A DNA stretch of 64,000 bases from Patescibacteria group bacterium (GTDB lineage: Bacteria; Patescibacteriota; Patescibacteriia; UBA10025; JAHIVO01): the NCBI GenBank assembly GCA_041650915.1, contig JBAZKE010000001.1:251284-315283 (forward strand), read 5' to 3'. The number at the start of each line of letters is the position of its first letter. Within the stretch, counting starts at the first letter, position 1. The position numbers were made by a program, and so were the translations under genes. Of this stretch, positions 46,269-56,066 are shown piece by piece. The notes under the pieces are model-generated. The model searched no databases and was not told the DNA's origin. It worked only from the letters and a program-made list of their open reading frames with translations.

Positions 46269-47327
46269 ATGGCAAGCGACGACAAACAGCTGACGATAAA
46301 TATCTCCACATCCACGATTGTGAAGGTTCTCGTCGTGATCTTTACGCTGGCGCTCCTGTATATGCTTCGGGATGTGCTGCTCATGCTGGTAGTCTCGATC
46401 GTGCTCGCGACGGCACTTAATCCGTGGGTGAACGCCCTGCAGCGCCGGAGGGTTCCGCGCATTGTTGCTACGATTTTCATTTACCTCGCTTTTTTCGGCT
46501 CTTTCATTATCGTGCTCGTGCTGCTCATTCCGCCAATCGCGACCGAGGTCACCGACATCGCGAAAAATTTTCCGACGTACTATGAGCGCATTCTCAACGA
46601 TTTCCAGCGATTTCGGGAATTTTCCCTGCAGCAGAATCTGCTGACGTCGCTCGACTCGGCACTCCAATCGCTCCAGACCAATATCGCGCAGACGACGGCG
46701 AGCGCATTCAGCGGGATCGTCGGCATTTTTGGCGGGCTGTTTTCATTCCTCGGCGTCGTTGTTATTACATTCTACATGCTGCTCGAGGAGAATGCCCTCA
46801 AGAAGTTCATCCGATCCGTTACGCCGGTTAAGTACCAGCCGTACGTCTTTCAGCTCATGAACCGTTCGCAGGAGCGGCTCCGGCTGTGGCTCCGGGGGCA
46901 GCTCATTCTCTGCCTCATTATTGGTTTCTTAGCGTGGCTCGGGATGACCATTCTCGGCGTCCGCTACTCGCTCGTCCTGGGCCTGTGGGCGGGGCTTACC
47001 GAGTTCATCCCGTACCTTGGGCCGCTCCTTGGCGCGATACCGGCCGTATTCATCGCCCTCACGACCGGCAGCTTCTGGAAGGCGGTTTTCGTCGTGGTGT
47101 GGTTCATTATTATCCAGCAGATGGAGAATAACCTGATCGTGCCGAAGGTCATGGCAAAAACCGTCGGCCTCAATCCGCTCGTCGTCATCGTCGTCATGCT
47201 CATCGGCGCCAAGCTCGCGGGCATTGTCGGGCTGCTGCTCGCGGTGCCGGTCGCGCTCATCCTGAAGGCGTTTGCCGAAGATTTTTTTGCGCTCAAAGAG
47301 GAGGAAGACACAACGCTCGCCGCATAA
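46269..47327 (+). CDS. AI-2E family transporter (PerM/YhhT/TqsA, UPF0118)
   Basis: 8 TM topology with a central soluble insert, ~350 aa, matching the pfam01594 architecture. Preceded by TGTATACT at ~46242-46249. Confidence 0.7.
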   Translation: MASDDKQLTINISTSTIVKVLVVIFTLALLYMLRDVLLMLVVSIVLATALNPWVNALQRRRVPRIVATIFIYLAFFGSFIIVLVLLIPPIATEVTDIAKNFPTYYERILNDFQRFREFSLQQNLLTSLDSALQSLQTNIAQTTASAFSGIVGIFGGLFSFLGVVVITFYMLLEENALKKFIRSVTPVKYQPYVFQLMNRSQERLRLWLRGQLILCLIIGFLAWLGMTILGVRYSLVLGLWAGLTEFIPYLGPLLGAIPAVFIALTTGSFWKAVFVVVWFIIIQQMENNLIVPKVMAKTVGLNPLVVIVVMLIGAKLAGIVGLLLAVPVALILKAFAEDFFALKEEEDTTLAA

Positions 47328-47342
47328 GGAAACCATTGAACT

Positions 47343-48020
47343 ATGGCAACGCTCTACGTAGTCGCGACGCCGATCGGCAACCTGGAGGATATTACGTTCC
47401 GCGCACTCGATACGTTCAGGCGGGCCGATTTCATCGTGTGCGAGGATACGCGGCACACGCTGCAGCTCCTCAACCACTTCGAGGTCAAGAAGCCGCTTAT
47501 CAGCTTCCACCAGCACTCGAAGCTGCAGAAAATCAATGAGCTGATCGAATTGCTCCGCCGGGGAAAGAATCTGGCGCTCGTTACCGATGCCGGCACGCCG
47601 GCGCTGTCTGATCCGGGCGGCGTTCTTGTCGAACGCGTGGTCCACGAGCTCAAGGGCGAGGTCAATATCGTACCGATTCCGGGCGCGTCAGCGCTTACCG
47701 CAATCATTTCTGCGGCGGGAATCCCCACGGACAGGTTCACGTTTCTCGGTTTTCTCCCGCACAAGAAGGGCAGGCAGGCGCTTTTCACGCGGATTGCCGA
47801 ATCCGGAGAAACTGTTATTTTTTACGAATCAACGCATCGGATAGAAAAGGCGCTCACGTCACTCGCCGAAGTGCTTGATGAGAGCAGGCGCGTGGTTGTC
47901 GGACGTGAGCTCACGAAGAAGTTCGAAACGATTTACCGGGGATCCGCGAGAGAAGTGCTGAAGAAACTCCTTGCTGACAATACGAAGGGGGAGTTTGTGG
48001 TGGTCGTTTCCGGGAAGTGA
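47343..48020 (+). CDS. rsmI: 16S rRNA (cytidine1402-2'-O)-methyltransferase RsmI (tetrapyrrole-methylase fold)
   Basis: LYVVATPIGNLEDITFRALDTFRRADFIVCEDTRHTLQLLNHF matches the RsmI N-terminus (LYLVPTPIGNLEDIT.RAL..L...D.IAAEDTRHT..LL.HF). Confidence 0.85.
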   Translation: MATLYVVATPIGNLEDITFRALDTFRRADFIVCEDTRHTLQLLNHFEVKKPLISFHQHSKLQKINELIELLRRGKNLALVTDAGTPALSDPGGVLVERVVHELKGEVNIVPIPGASALTAIISAAGIPTDRFTFLGFLPHKKGRQALFTRIAESGETVIFYESTHRIEKALTSLAEVLDESRRVVVGRELTKKFETIYRGSAREVLKKLLADNTKGEFVVVVSGK

Positions 48021-48065
48021 GCCACAATCAAAAAACAGGCACGTTTGTGGAGAAGCCGGTTTTTT

Positions 48066-48074
48066 TGGTATACT
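48066..48074 (+). promoter_or_regulatory. extended -10 element TGgTATACT, 9 nt upstream of the metG ATG (leaderless)
   Basis: ttttttTGgTATACTgacaccactATGgcaaag. Confidence 0.4.
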
Positions 48075-48083
48075 GACACCACT

Positions 48084-49520
48084 ATGGCAAAGAAATTTTA
48101 CATCACAACACCAATCTATTATGTAAACGACAAGCCGCACATCGGGCACGCCTACACGACCATCGCGGCTGACGTTCTCGCGCGGCACTACCGCCAGAAA
48201 GGGTATGATGTCTTCTTTTTAACCGGTACGGACGAGCACGGCGCGAAGGTCGCGGAGAGCGCGGCCAAAGCCAGGCTCGATCCGCAGTCGTTCTGTGACC
48301 AGAACAGCGCGCTGTTCAAGGAAGCATTCAAAGAGCTTAATATCTCGAATGATTTTTTTATCCGCACCACCGACGAGCGGCATGCGGCGTCTGTTTCCAA
48401 GTTCATGCAGGTGCTGTACGACCGGGGGGATATCTACGAGGGGACGTACGAGGGCTTGTACTGCGTGGGGTGCGAGAAGTTCATGAAAGAGCGCGACCTC
48501 GACGAAGCGGGTAACTGCCCTGACCACGGCAAACCGCCGGAAAAGGTCAGCGAGAAGAATTATTTTTTCAATCTCTCAAAATACCTCAAGCAAGTCCAGG
48601 CGCTCATCGAGGCCGACACGATCACGGTGCTGCCCGCAACGAAAAAGCAGGAGGTTCTCGGCCTGTTCAAGCAGGGGCTGGAGGATTTCTCCGTATCGCG
48701 CGAAAAGGTGGCGTGGGGCATCCCGCTGCCGTTCGATCAGAAGCAGAAAACGTACGTGTGGGTGGAGGCGCTGCAGAATTACATTTCGGCGGTCGGCTAC
48801 GGGGATCATGAGAAGGAATTCGCGAAGTGGTGGCCGGCAGACGTGCACCTCATGGCGAGGGACATCATAAAGTTCCACGCGATATACTGGCCGGCAATGC
48901 TGCTCGCCGCCGATATCGAGGTTCCGAGGGTTATCTACGCGCACGGCTTCTTCAGCCTCGACAAGAGGAAGATGTCAAAGACGCTCGGCAACGTGATCGA
49001 TCCGCACGAGCTCGTGCAAGAATTCGGCGTCGACGCTACGCGGTACCTGCTCTTGTCGCAGTTTCCGTTCGGGCAGGACGGTGATATCAAGCGCTCGCTG
49101 TTCAAAGAGAAGTACAATGCCGACCTCGCGAACAACCTCGGCAACCTTGTAAGTCGGGTGCTCAATATGATCGAGAAGTACGCAGGCGGCGTTATCCCGG
49201 CACAGGTGCCATCTCCTATTTACCTCGAGCATAGTGACGAAAAAATTGAGCAGCTTCAGTTTGACCTCGTGCTCAATGAACTCTGGCAGGCGATCGACCA
49301 GGCAAACCAGCTCATCGATGAGAACGAGCCGTGGAAGATGGCGCAGGACGAGTCGAAAAAGGCTGGCCTCGACGTTCTCCTCGGGCAGCTCGCTGCATTC
49401 CTCATGGATTGCGCTGTCGCCATCCGCCCGTTCATGCCTTCAACCGGGGAGAAGATTATCGGCAGCCTCATGAGCCCGCGGATCGAAAAGGGGGATCCGC
49501 TCTTTCAACGTTTGAAATAA
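48084..49520 (+). CDS. metG: methionyl-tRNA synthetase (short form, no C-terminal tRNA-binding domain)
   Basis: FYITTPIYYVNDKPHIGHAYTTIAADVLARHYRQKGYDVFFLTGTDEHG (HIGH) and KMSKTLGN. Start set at MAKKFYIT. Confidence 0.9.
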   Translation: MAKKFYITTPIYYVNDKPHIGHAYTTIAADVLARHYRQKGYDVFFLTGTDEHGAKVAESAAKARLDPQSFCDQNSALFKEAFKELNISNDFFIRTTDERHAASVSKFMQVLYDRGDIYEGTYEGLYCVGCEKFMKERDLDEAGNCPDHGKPPEKVSEKNYFFNLSKYLKQVQALIEADTITVLPATKKQEVLGLFKQGLEDFSVSREKVAWGIPLPFDQKQKTYVWVEALQNYISAVGYGDHEKEFAKWWPADVHLMARDIIKFHAIYWPAMLLAADIEVPRVIYAHGFFSLDKRKMSKTLGNVIDPHELVQEFGVDATRYLLLSQFPFGQDGDIKRSLFKEKYNADLANNLGNLVSRVLNMIEKYAGGVIPAQVPSPIYLEHSDEKIEQLQFDLVLNELWQAIDQANQLIDENEPWKMAQDESKKAGLDVLLGQLAAFLMDCAVAIRPFMPSTGEKIIGSLMSPRIEKGDPLFQRLK

Positions 49521-49534
49521 CTAATCCATAGCTT

Positions 49535-50053
49535 ATGGCAACGTTCGACATTATTTTGCTCCTCGTCTTCTTCGGATTCGTCGGCGCAGGATTTTACTTC
49601 GGCCTCATCCATACGCTTGGTGCGGTCATCGGCGCCGTGCTCGGCGTCATCGTTGCCGGCTCTCTCTACGAGCAGGTTTCACCCTTTCTGCAGTTTTTTA
49701 TGCTCAAGGAGGGTGTTGCGGACGTGCTCTCATTCATCATCGTGTTTATTGTCATCAGCCGGCTTATCGGGTATATGGTCCACGTGCTCGACAAGGGATT
49801 CAAACTCGCGCGGCTCATTCCGTTCGCAACGACCGTCAACCGTTTTGGCGGGGCACTCCTCGGCTTCTTTGAGGCCGCGCTCGTGCTCGGCACCGTGCTG
49901 TACGTTGCGAGCCACTTCCAGCTCTCCCCGGAGATCAACGCGGCGATTGACCGTTCGCCGTTCGCCGGGCTCCTCATGACCATCGCGAGCGTCCTCGTAC
50001 CGCTCATCCCCGATTCGCTGAAGGTCAACGTGATTACCCCTTACACAACGTAG
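49535..50053 (+). CDS. cvpA: CvpA-family membrane protein
   Basis: MATFDIILLLVFFGFVGAGFYFGLIHTLGAVIGAVLGVIVAGSLY... 4-TM, ~170 aa, CvpA-like N-terminus. Confidence 0.65.
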   Translation: MATFDIILLLVFFGFVGAGFYFGLIHTLGAVIGAVLGVIVAGSLYEQVSPFLQFFMLKEGVADVLSFIIVFIVISRLIGYMVHVLDKGFKLARLIPFATTVNRFGGALLGFFEAALVLGTVLYVASHFQLSPEINAAIDRSPFAGLLMTIASVLVPLIPDSLKVNVITPYTT

Positions 50054-50057
50054 CTCT

Positions 50058-50891
50058 ATGGCTCTTCGGCTCATCGATACGCACGCACACCTCGATTTTG
50101 TTGAGTACGCGTCAGACCGCAACGAGGTCATCGGGCGCGCTTTCAATACCGGAATCGAAAAAATCATCAACATCGGCGCCGACTATGCGCACTTCAAGTC
50201 AACGCTCGAGCTGTCCTTTGCGTACGACAATATCTACGCGGTCGTTGGCCTCCACCCGCAGGAAGCGGTATCGCTCCTCGCGCAAAGCAGCGACATTGAC
50301 CGCGAAGTGAAGCAGATTCAGCAGCGGATCGAGAGTTTCAGTGACTATAAAACAATGGTCGGCATCGGCGAAATTGGCTTGGATTTTTTCCATATCGCGC
50401 GGGAATCGAGCGCGATGCAGCCTTCAATAACGAACTTGCAACACAGGCTTTTCGAGGCGCAGGTCGAGACCGCACTCAAGGTAGACCTGCCGATCGTCAT
50501 CCATGCACGGGATGCGTACGGGGAGATACTCGAGGTGCTGTCACGGTATGCGGGCAGGGGAAATCTCCGCGGCGTAGTCCATAGCTTTGAGGGCGATTTT
50601 GAAACAGCCATGAAGTTTATTCAGCTCGGGATTAAAATTTCGTTCAACGGCATCATCACGTACGAGCGGACTCACGATGAGCTCGCCGCAATCAAGGAAA
50701 TCCCGCTTACCGAAATTATGCTCGAGACGGACTGCCCATACCTGACGCCGGAACCGCTCCGCGGGCAGCGGAACGAGCCGTCCAATGTTGAATATATCGC
50801 ACGGAAAGTCGCCGCACTCAGGGGGATATCGGCCGAGGCCGTGGCTGGCCAGACAACGGAGAATGCGATTAAGCTCTTTAACCTCGGATAG
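50058..50891 (+). CDS. tatD: TatD-family metal-dependent DNase/hydrolase, paralog 1
   Basis: LIDTHAHLDF N-terminal motif, internal GEIGLDF and H/D metal ligands. ~277 aa. Confidence 0.85.
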   Translation: MALRLIDTHAHLDFVEYASDRNEVIGRAFNTGIEKIINIGADYAHFKSTLELSFAYDNIYAVVGLHPQEAVSLLAQSSDIDREVKQIQQRIESFSDYKTMVGIGEIGLDFFHIARESSAMQPSITNLQHRLFEAQVETALKVDLPIVIHARDAYGEILEVLSRYAGRGNLRGVVHSFEGDFETAMKFIQLGIKISFNGIITYERTHDELAAIKEIPLTEIMLETDCPYLTPEPLRGQRNEPSNVEYIARKVAALRGISAEAVAGQTTENAIKLFNLG

Positions 50892-50894
50892 GTT

Positions 50895-51734
50895 ATGCTC
50901 ATCGACACCCACGCACATCTAAATTTTTCGGCCTTTCGCGACGATATCGACGAGGTAGCCAAGCGTACCCTCGCTGAGGGCATGAAGGTGATTAACGTAG
51001 GCTCGCAGCGCTCAACCAGCGAACGGGCGATTGCGCTCGCCAAGCAGTATGCGGGAAGCATGTACGCGGCGGTCGGTTTGCACCCGATGCACCTCTTTGA
51101 GATGGAGGTGGACGAATCTGAAATATCTTTTGCGACCAGGCAGGAAGACTTCAATGCGGAGCGCTATGGGGAGCTCGCCGCGCACGGGGGTGTCGTTGCG
51201 ATCGGCGAGATGGGCATTGACTACTTCCACGTCCCGCAGGCGATTCCGATCGACGAGTTTGAGCACAAGCAGAAGCTGACGTTCCTTCGGGGCGTTGAGC
51301 TCGCGCAAAAGCTCCGCCTGCCTATCATCCTCCACTGCCGCGGCAGCAAGAAAGATGAGGCGCGCGCGTACGAACACATGCTCGAGGTGCTTGATCAAAC
51401 CGGCTGCACCAACGGCGTACTGCATTGCTATTCTTCCACGTGGGATATCGCGAAAAAGTTCCTTGATCGGGGCTTTATGATCTCATTCACCGGCATTATC
51501 ACGTACCCAAAAACGCATGAGCTTGAACGGGTGGTGAAGAATGCTCCGATGGACCGTATGATGGTCGAGACGGATGCGCCATACCTTGCACCGCAGATCG
51601 TACGCGGCAAGCGGAATGAACCACGGTTTGTCCGGTATGTTGCCGAGCGGATCGCGCACATCAAGAAGCTTAAGTACGAGGAGGTTGAGGACATTACCAC
51701 AGCCAACGCGGTTTCTTTTTTCAAGCTGAGCTAG
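50895..51734 (+). CDS. tatD: TatD-family metal-dependent DNase/hydrolase, paralog 2
   Basis: LIDTHAHLNF, GEMGIDYF. Lies 4 nt after paralog 1. Confidence 0.85.
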   Translation: MLIDTHAHLNFSAFRDDIDEVAKRTLAEGMKVINVGSQRSTSERAIALAKQYAGSMYAAVGLHPMHLFEMEVDESEISFATRQEDFNAERYGELAAHGGVVAIGEMGIDYFHVPQAIPIDEFEHKQKLTFLRGVELAQKLRLPIILHCRGSKKDEARAYEHMLEVLDQTGCTNGVLHCYSSTWDIAKKFLDRGFMISFTGIITYPKTHELERVVKNAPMDRMMVETDAPYLAPQIVRGKRNEPRFVRYVAERIAHIKKLKYEEVEDITTANAVSFFKLS

Positions 51735-51825
51735 AGGCCCGATTGACAAATACGTTCCGATAGCATACCGTAAGGAAAACTATAGAGGGTTTGTTTTTTC
51801 TGTAACTTTCACAAAGGAGGATTCA

Positions 51826-52203
51826 GTGGATGCACAGGTAGCTGTTTTCAAGGATATTCTGTGCGAAGAGGCGAGACTGCTCATTTCGCAGTGCTCTGGG
51901 AAGATAACTGACCGCATTACGTGGGGCAGGCTCCTGCAGCACTGCCGCACGTGCCACGTGTGCGCAGAGCTCTTCCTGGGACATCACAAGGGACAGATCG
52001 CGATCATCGCAGCGCAGGTAATCAACCGCGAGGTCATACCCGGGCACCGGTACTATGCCCTCGCCAACGTTGAGATGCACTTCCCGAAGCTGCTGGTCGA
52101 AGCACTCCAGGGCGGGGATCTGACCGATGACGAAAAAGCGCTCATCGCAGAGCACGTCGGTTCTTGCCACGAGTGCAAGCAGCACGTGCCCAGCGCGCAA
52201 TAA
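51826..52203 (+). CDS. small cytoplasmic protein with two zf-HC2-like H-x3-C-x2-C motifs (anti-sigma-factor-type zinc finger?)
   Basis: LQHCRTCHVC and HVGSCHECKQH. Confidence 0.4.
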   Translation: MDAQVAVFKDILCEEARLLISQCSGKITDRITWGRLLQHCRTCHVCAELFLGHHKGQIAIIAAQVINREVIPGHRYYALANVEMHFPKLLVEALQGGDLTDDEKALIAEHVGSCHECKQHVPSAQ

Positions 52204-52291
52204 GGCGATTCAAGCCACTAAGCCCACAGGCGACCGTACCTGTGGGCGTTGTATTTTACGGACGCTCGTTCCGCGTGATATACTACCGTAT

Positions 52292-53359
52292 ATGGATACA
52301 TCGGCAATTATCATCAGCGCTGTCGTCATCGTAGGTTTTATCATTACCTACGTTCTCGTGTTCCGAAAAAAAGGGGAGAGCGGCGCGAACCCCGAGCTGA
52401 AAGAGCAGCTCGTGCGGCTCGAGGAGCGGATTGCGCAGCTCAATGAGAAGAGCAGTGAACTTACGCGTACTGTTGATTCCAAGCTCGCCGACTCCACCAA
52501 GGCGATCCAGCAGCAGTTCGGGGAATCGACAAAGATCGTGCGGAACGTAACAGAGCGCTTAACGAAGTTAGACGAAACCAACAAGCAGGTGCTGAATTTT
52601 TCGGACCAGCTCAAGAATTTGCAGGACATCCTCAAGAACCCGAAGCAGCGGGGCGTGCTCGGCGAATACTACCTCGAGGAGACACTCAAGAACGTGCTGC
52701 CTCCAAACTCGTACAAGATGCAGTACAAGTTTAAGGACGGCGAGATCGTCGATGCGGTTGTCTTTGTGAAAGATAAGATTATACCGGTCGATTCGAAGTT
52801 TTCATTGGAAAACTATGAGCGCATTTTAAATGAACGGGATGAGAAAGAACGGCAGGCGCTTGAGGCACAGTTTAAAATGGACCTGAAGAACAGGATTGAT
52901 GAGACGTCGAAATACGTGCGGCCGTCTGAAAATACGATGGATTTCGCGTTCATGTTCATTCCGTCTGAGGCGATCTACTATGACCTCTTGGTGAACAAAG
53001 TCGGCGCTGTGAAGGTGAATACGCGCGACCTTATCGAGTACGCCTTCAAGGACAAGCACGTGATCATCGTTTCCCCGACCAGTTTTCTCGCATACCTGCA
53101 GACGGTGCTCCAGGGCTTGCGCGCGCTTCAGATCGAGGAGTCTGCAAAGGAGATCCGGAAGAACGTCGAGGCGCTCGGCAAACACATCATGAGCTTCGAG
53201 TCGTCGATGGCAAAGCTCGGCAACCACCTCGGCACGACAGTCAACACCTACAACTCGGCATCGAAAGAGTTTAAGAAGATAGATAAAGACGTTTTAAAGA
53301 TTGCTGATGTTGGGGGAAACGTCGAGCCGATTGAACTTGACCGGCCGCAACAAGACTAG
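52292..53359 (+). CDS. rmuC: DNA recombination protein RmuC
   Basis: N-terminal TM, long coiled coil, C-terminal RmuC nuclease-like domain (DAVVFVKDKIIPVDSKFSLENY ... FMFIPSEAIYYDLL). Start set at MDTSAIIISAVVIV. Confidence 0.8.
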   Translation: MDTSAIIISAVVIVGFIITYVLVFRKKGESGANPELKEQLVRLEERIAQLNEKSSELTRTVDSKLADSTKAIQQQFGESTKIVRNVTERLTKLDETNKQVLNFSDQLKNLQDILKNPKQRGVLGEYYLEETLKNVLPPNSYKMQYKFKDGEIVDAVVFVKDKIIPVDSKFSLENYERILNERDEKERQALEAQFKMDLKNRIDETSKYVRPSENTMDFAFMFIPSEAIYYDLLVNKVGAVKVNTRDLIEYAFKDKHVIIVSPTSFLAYLQTVLQGLRALQIEESAKEIRKNVEALGKHIMSFESSMAKLGNHLGTTVNTYNSASKEFKKIDKDVLKIADVGGNVEPIELDRPQQD

Positions 53360-53567
53360 GTTCCTCGAACAGTATGTGGAGGTTGCGAGGTTTTTTGCTA
53401 AGGAGAGCCATTTTTGCGTTTTTTTACGATGTCTCGAGAATCGCCGGGGCTTGATTTATTATCAAATATGGGTTAGTATTATAGCCAACTTGTGGATAAA
53501 AAGGTATTATTTGCCTTGAAAAAAAGGTTAATTTGCCGTTCGCGAACAGCACTTTTAATAGAACCGT

Positions 53568-53858
53568 ATGCCGCATGAAGAGCCGCAAAAACCATGGTGG
53601 CAGCCAGCACTGACCGTTTTTGGGGAGGTGACCGGCTGGATCGCAGCGCCAATACTGATTGCGCTCTTTTCGGGAAGGTACCTGGATGAAAAGTTTGACA
53701 GTGAGCCGTGGTTTTTTCTTGGATTAACGGCAGCCGCCTTCATTGTTTCAACGGTCGGCATCGTACAAGTCGCAGGCAAGTATATCAAGCAATTAGAAAA
53801 AGACAGCACAAACAGCAAGAAGACACATGAGCGAAGCAACGGAAAACATAACAGCTGA
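53568..53858 (+). CDS. AtpZ/AtpI-like small 2-TM protein preceding the ATP synthase operon
   Basis: Two TM helices, located immediately 5' of atpB, overlapping it by ~30 nt. Assignment by position and topology only. Confidence 0.4.
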   Translation: MPHEEPQKPWWQPALTVFGEVTGWIAAPILIALFSGRYLDEKFDSEPWFFLGLTAAAFIVSTVGIVQVAGKYIKQLEKDSTNSKKTHERSNGKHNS

Positions 53859-54723
53859 AGAGCCCGGCGTCGCGGAGGCGCACACGGGCGATGAGGGCGA
53901 AGCTGCGGAAACGCACGAAGAGGTTTCACACGAAATCACACTGTACGCTGAGCCGGTATTTTCGATTGGCAGCTTTGAGGTTACCAATGCGCTCATTAAC
54001 TCGTGGGTCGTTGTTTTTCTCCTCGTCGTACTCGCAATGGTTATCCGCAAGAAAATTGCCCGCATCCCGCGGGGGATCCAGAATGCATTCGAGATCGTCG
54101 TTGAGGGCGCCATGAACATGGCAGACTCGGTTACCGGCGATCGCCGGAAGACGGTGAGGATCTTTCCATTCGTGTTTGCAGTTTTTATTTTTATCCTCCT
54201 CAACAACTGGCTCGGCCTCATTCCGGGCATCGGGTCAATCGGATTCATCGAAGAGGGGCATGGCGCCGCCCTGTTTATTCCGTTTTTCAGGGGCGGCACC
54301 GCTGACCTCAACACGACCCTCGCACTCGCGCTTTTCGCCGTGGTCGGATCCAATGTATTTGGCATGCTGGTCGTCGGCGTCTGGAAGCATATCAATAAAT
54401 ATATCGGGCTGAAACTGCTCGCCGAAATTCCGATGAAGATTAGAAAGGAGCCGACCGTCATTTTCGTCAATCCGATCAAGTTTTTCGTCGGCATCATTGA
54501 AATCATCGGTGAGGTCGCGAAGATAGCATCGCTGTCATTTCGTCTCTTCGGCAATATATTCGCCGGGGAGGTGCTGCTGTCGTCGATGGCCGTTATCTTT
54601 GCGTTCGTACTGCCGGTCCCGTTCATGTTTCTCGAGGTGATTGTCGGCCTGATCCAAGCCCTCATCTTCGCGATGCTCATGCTCGTATACTTCACGATCG
54701 CATCGACCGCGGAGGAGCACTAG
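53827..54723 (+). CDS. atpB: ATP synthase F0 subunit a
   Basis: NWLGLIPG, LSFRLFGNIFAGEVLL (the conserved R-containing helix). The N-terminal acidic extension may be over-called. Confidence 0.85.
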   Translation: MSEATENITAEEPGVAEAHTGDEGEAAETHEEVSHEITLYAEPVFSIGSFEVTNALINSWVVVFLLVVLAMVIRKKIARIPRGIQNAFEIVVEGAMNMADSVTGDRRKTVRIFPFVFAVFIFILLNNWLGLIPGIGSIGFIEEGHGAALFIPFFRGGTADLNTTLALALFAVVGSNVFGMLVVGVWKHINKYIGLKLLAEIPMKIRKEPTVIFVNPIKFFVGIIEIIGEVAKIASLSFRLFGNIFAGEVLLSSMAVIFAFVLPVPFMFLEVIVGLIQALIFAMLMLVYFTIASTAEEH

Positions 54724-54802
54724 CGGGCTGTCATCCTGGATTTGATACGGAGTCTCAGCCACTGAAATTCCGCATCAGGCCCGGAATGATAAGAATTAAT
54801 AA

Positions 54803-55093
<291 letters not shown>

Positions 55094-55165
55094 CCGTATG
55101 ACGGACAGGGGTTGAGCACGCCTCGTACCCCTGTGGCCATAAGACTATAAATGACATCATAACGT

Positions 55166-55663
55166 ATGGATGAATTAGTAAAAACGTTCCACATCGACTG
55201 GAAGCTGCTCATCGCCCAGGTTATCAACTTCGGGATTGTGCTCGGCGTGCTCTGGTACTTCGCGTTGAAACCGCTCATGAAGGTCATGCAGAAGCGAAGC
55301 AACGATATCGACAAGAGCCTCAAGCAGGCGAAGGAGATCGAACAGAAACTCAGCGAAGCTGAGCAGTCCAAGGAAAAGATTATCATCGAAGCAAAACAGG
55401 AGGCGCAGATCATCATGGAACAGACGAACAAGCAAGCTGAAGCAGTGAAGGGTGAGAAGCTCGCACAGACGCGGGCAGAGATGGATAAGCTTGCCGCGAA
55501 AGCACGGGCTGACCTGCAAGCGGAAAAGGAGAAGATGCTCGCGGAGGCGAAGGTATCGGTTGCCGACCTCGTCGTCGCCGCGGCAGAGAAAGTAATCAAA
55601 AAGAACGTGGATACCGAGACCAACCGCAAGCTGGTCGAGGATGCCGTGAAGGAGATGAAGTAG
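55166..55663 (+). CDS. atpF: ATP synthase F0 subunit b
   Basis: N-terminal TM plus a long charged coiled coil, operon position. Confidence 0.85.
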   Translation: MDELVKTFHIDWKLLIAQVINFGIVLGVLWYFALKPLMKVMQKRSNDIDKSLKQAKEIEQKLSEAEQSKEKIIIEAKQEAQIIMEQTNKQAEAVKGEKLAQTRAEMDKLAAKARADLQAEKEKMLAEAKVSVADLVVAAAEKVIKKNVDTETNRKLVEDAVKEMK

Positions 55664-55664
55664 T

Positions 55665-56066
55665 ATGAAGAGGTTTTCACCGCAGCAGTACGCCCATGGT
55701 TTGTATGAAGCGCTCCGGAATGCGCCGGAAGAGAAAATTCCTGCAGCGTTAAAGTCTTTCGTCGCACTCGTTGCGCGCAACCGGGACCTGTCCAAATCGC
55801 CGAAAATCATTGAGGCATTCAGGGCATACGCCAATGAGCAGGAAAATATTCTGGAGATCGACATCAGCTCGGTAGAACCGCTCTCACAGGGCACCAAGCA
55901 GCTCATCATCAGGAATTTGGAAACCTCCCTCAAGAAAACGATCGTACTGAATGAATCAACGGATACCGGCTTGCTGGGGGGCATCGTCATGCGGTACGGC
56001 GACACAGTCATCAACGGCAGCGTTCAGAAAAGGTTGGAACTCCTGCACTCGACTTTGAAAAAGTAA
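55665..56066 (+). CDS. atpH: ATP synthase F1 delta subunit (OSCP), unusually short (133 aa)
   Basis: C-terminus LLGGIVMRYGDTVINGSVQKRLELL matches the delta consensus GGIVIRVGDKVIDGSVRGRL. Confidence 0.8.
   Translation: MKRFSPQQYAHGLYEALRNAPEEKIPAALKSFVALVARNRDLSKSPKIIEAFRAYANEQENILEIDISSVEPLSQGTKQLIIRNLETSLKKTIVLNESTDTGLLGGIVMRYGDTVINGSVQKRLELLHSTLKK

Noticed and set aside
46929-47645. 238-aa minus-strand ORF
   Set aside because: Antisense to the AI-2E transporter and rsmI. Highly charged, repetitive translation.
53793-54695. 300-aa minus-strand ORF
   Set aside because: Antisense to atpB, which has the conserved arginine helix.
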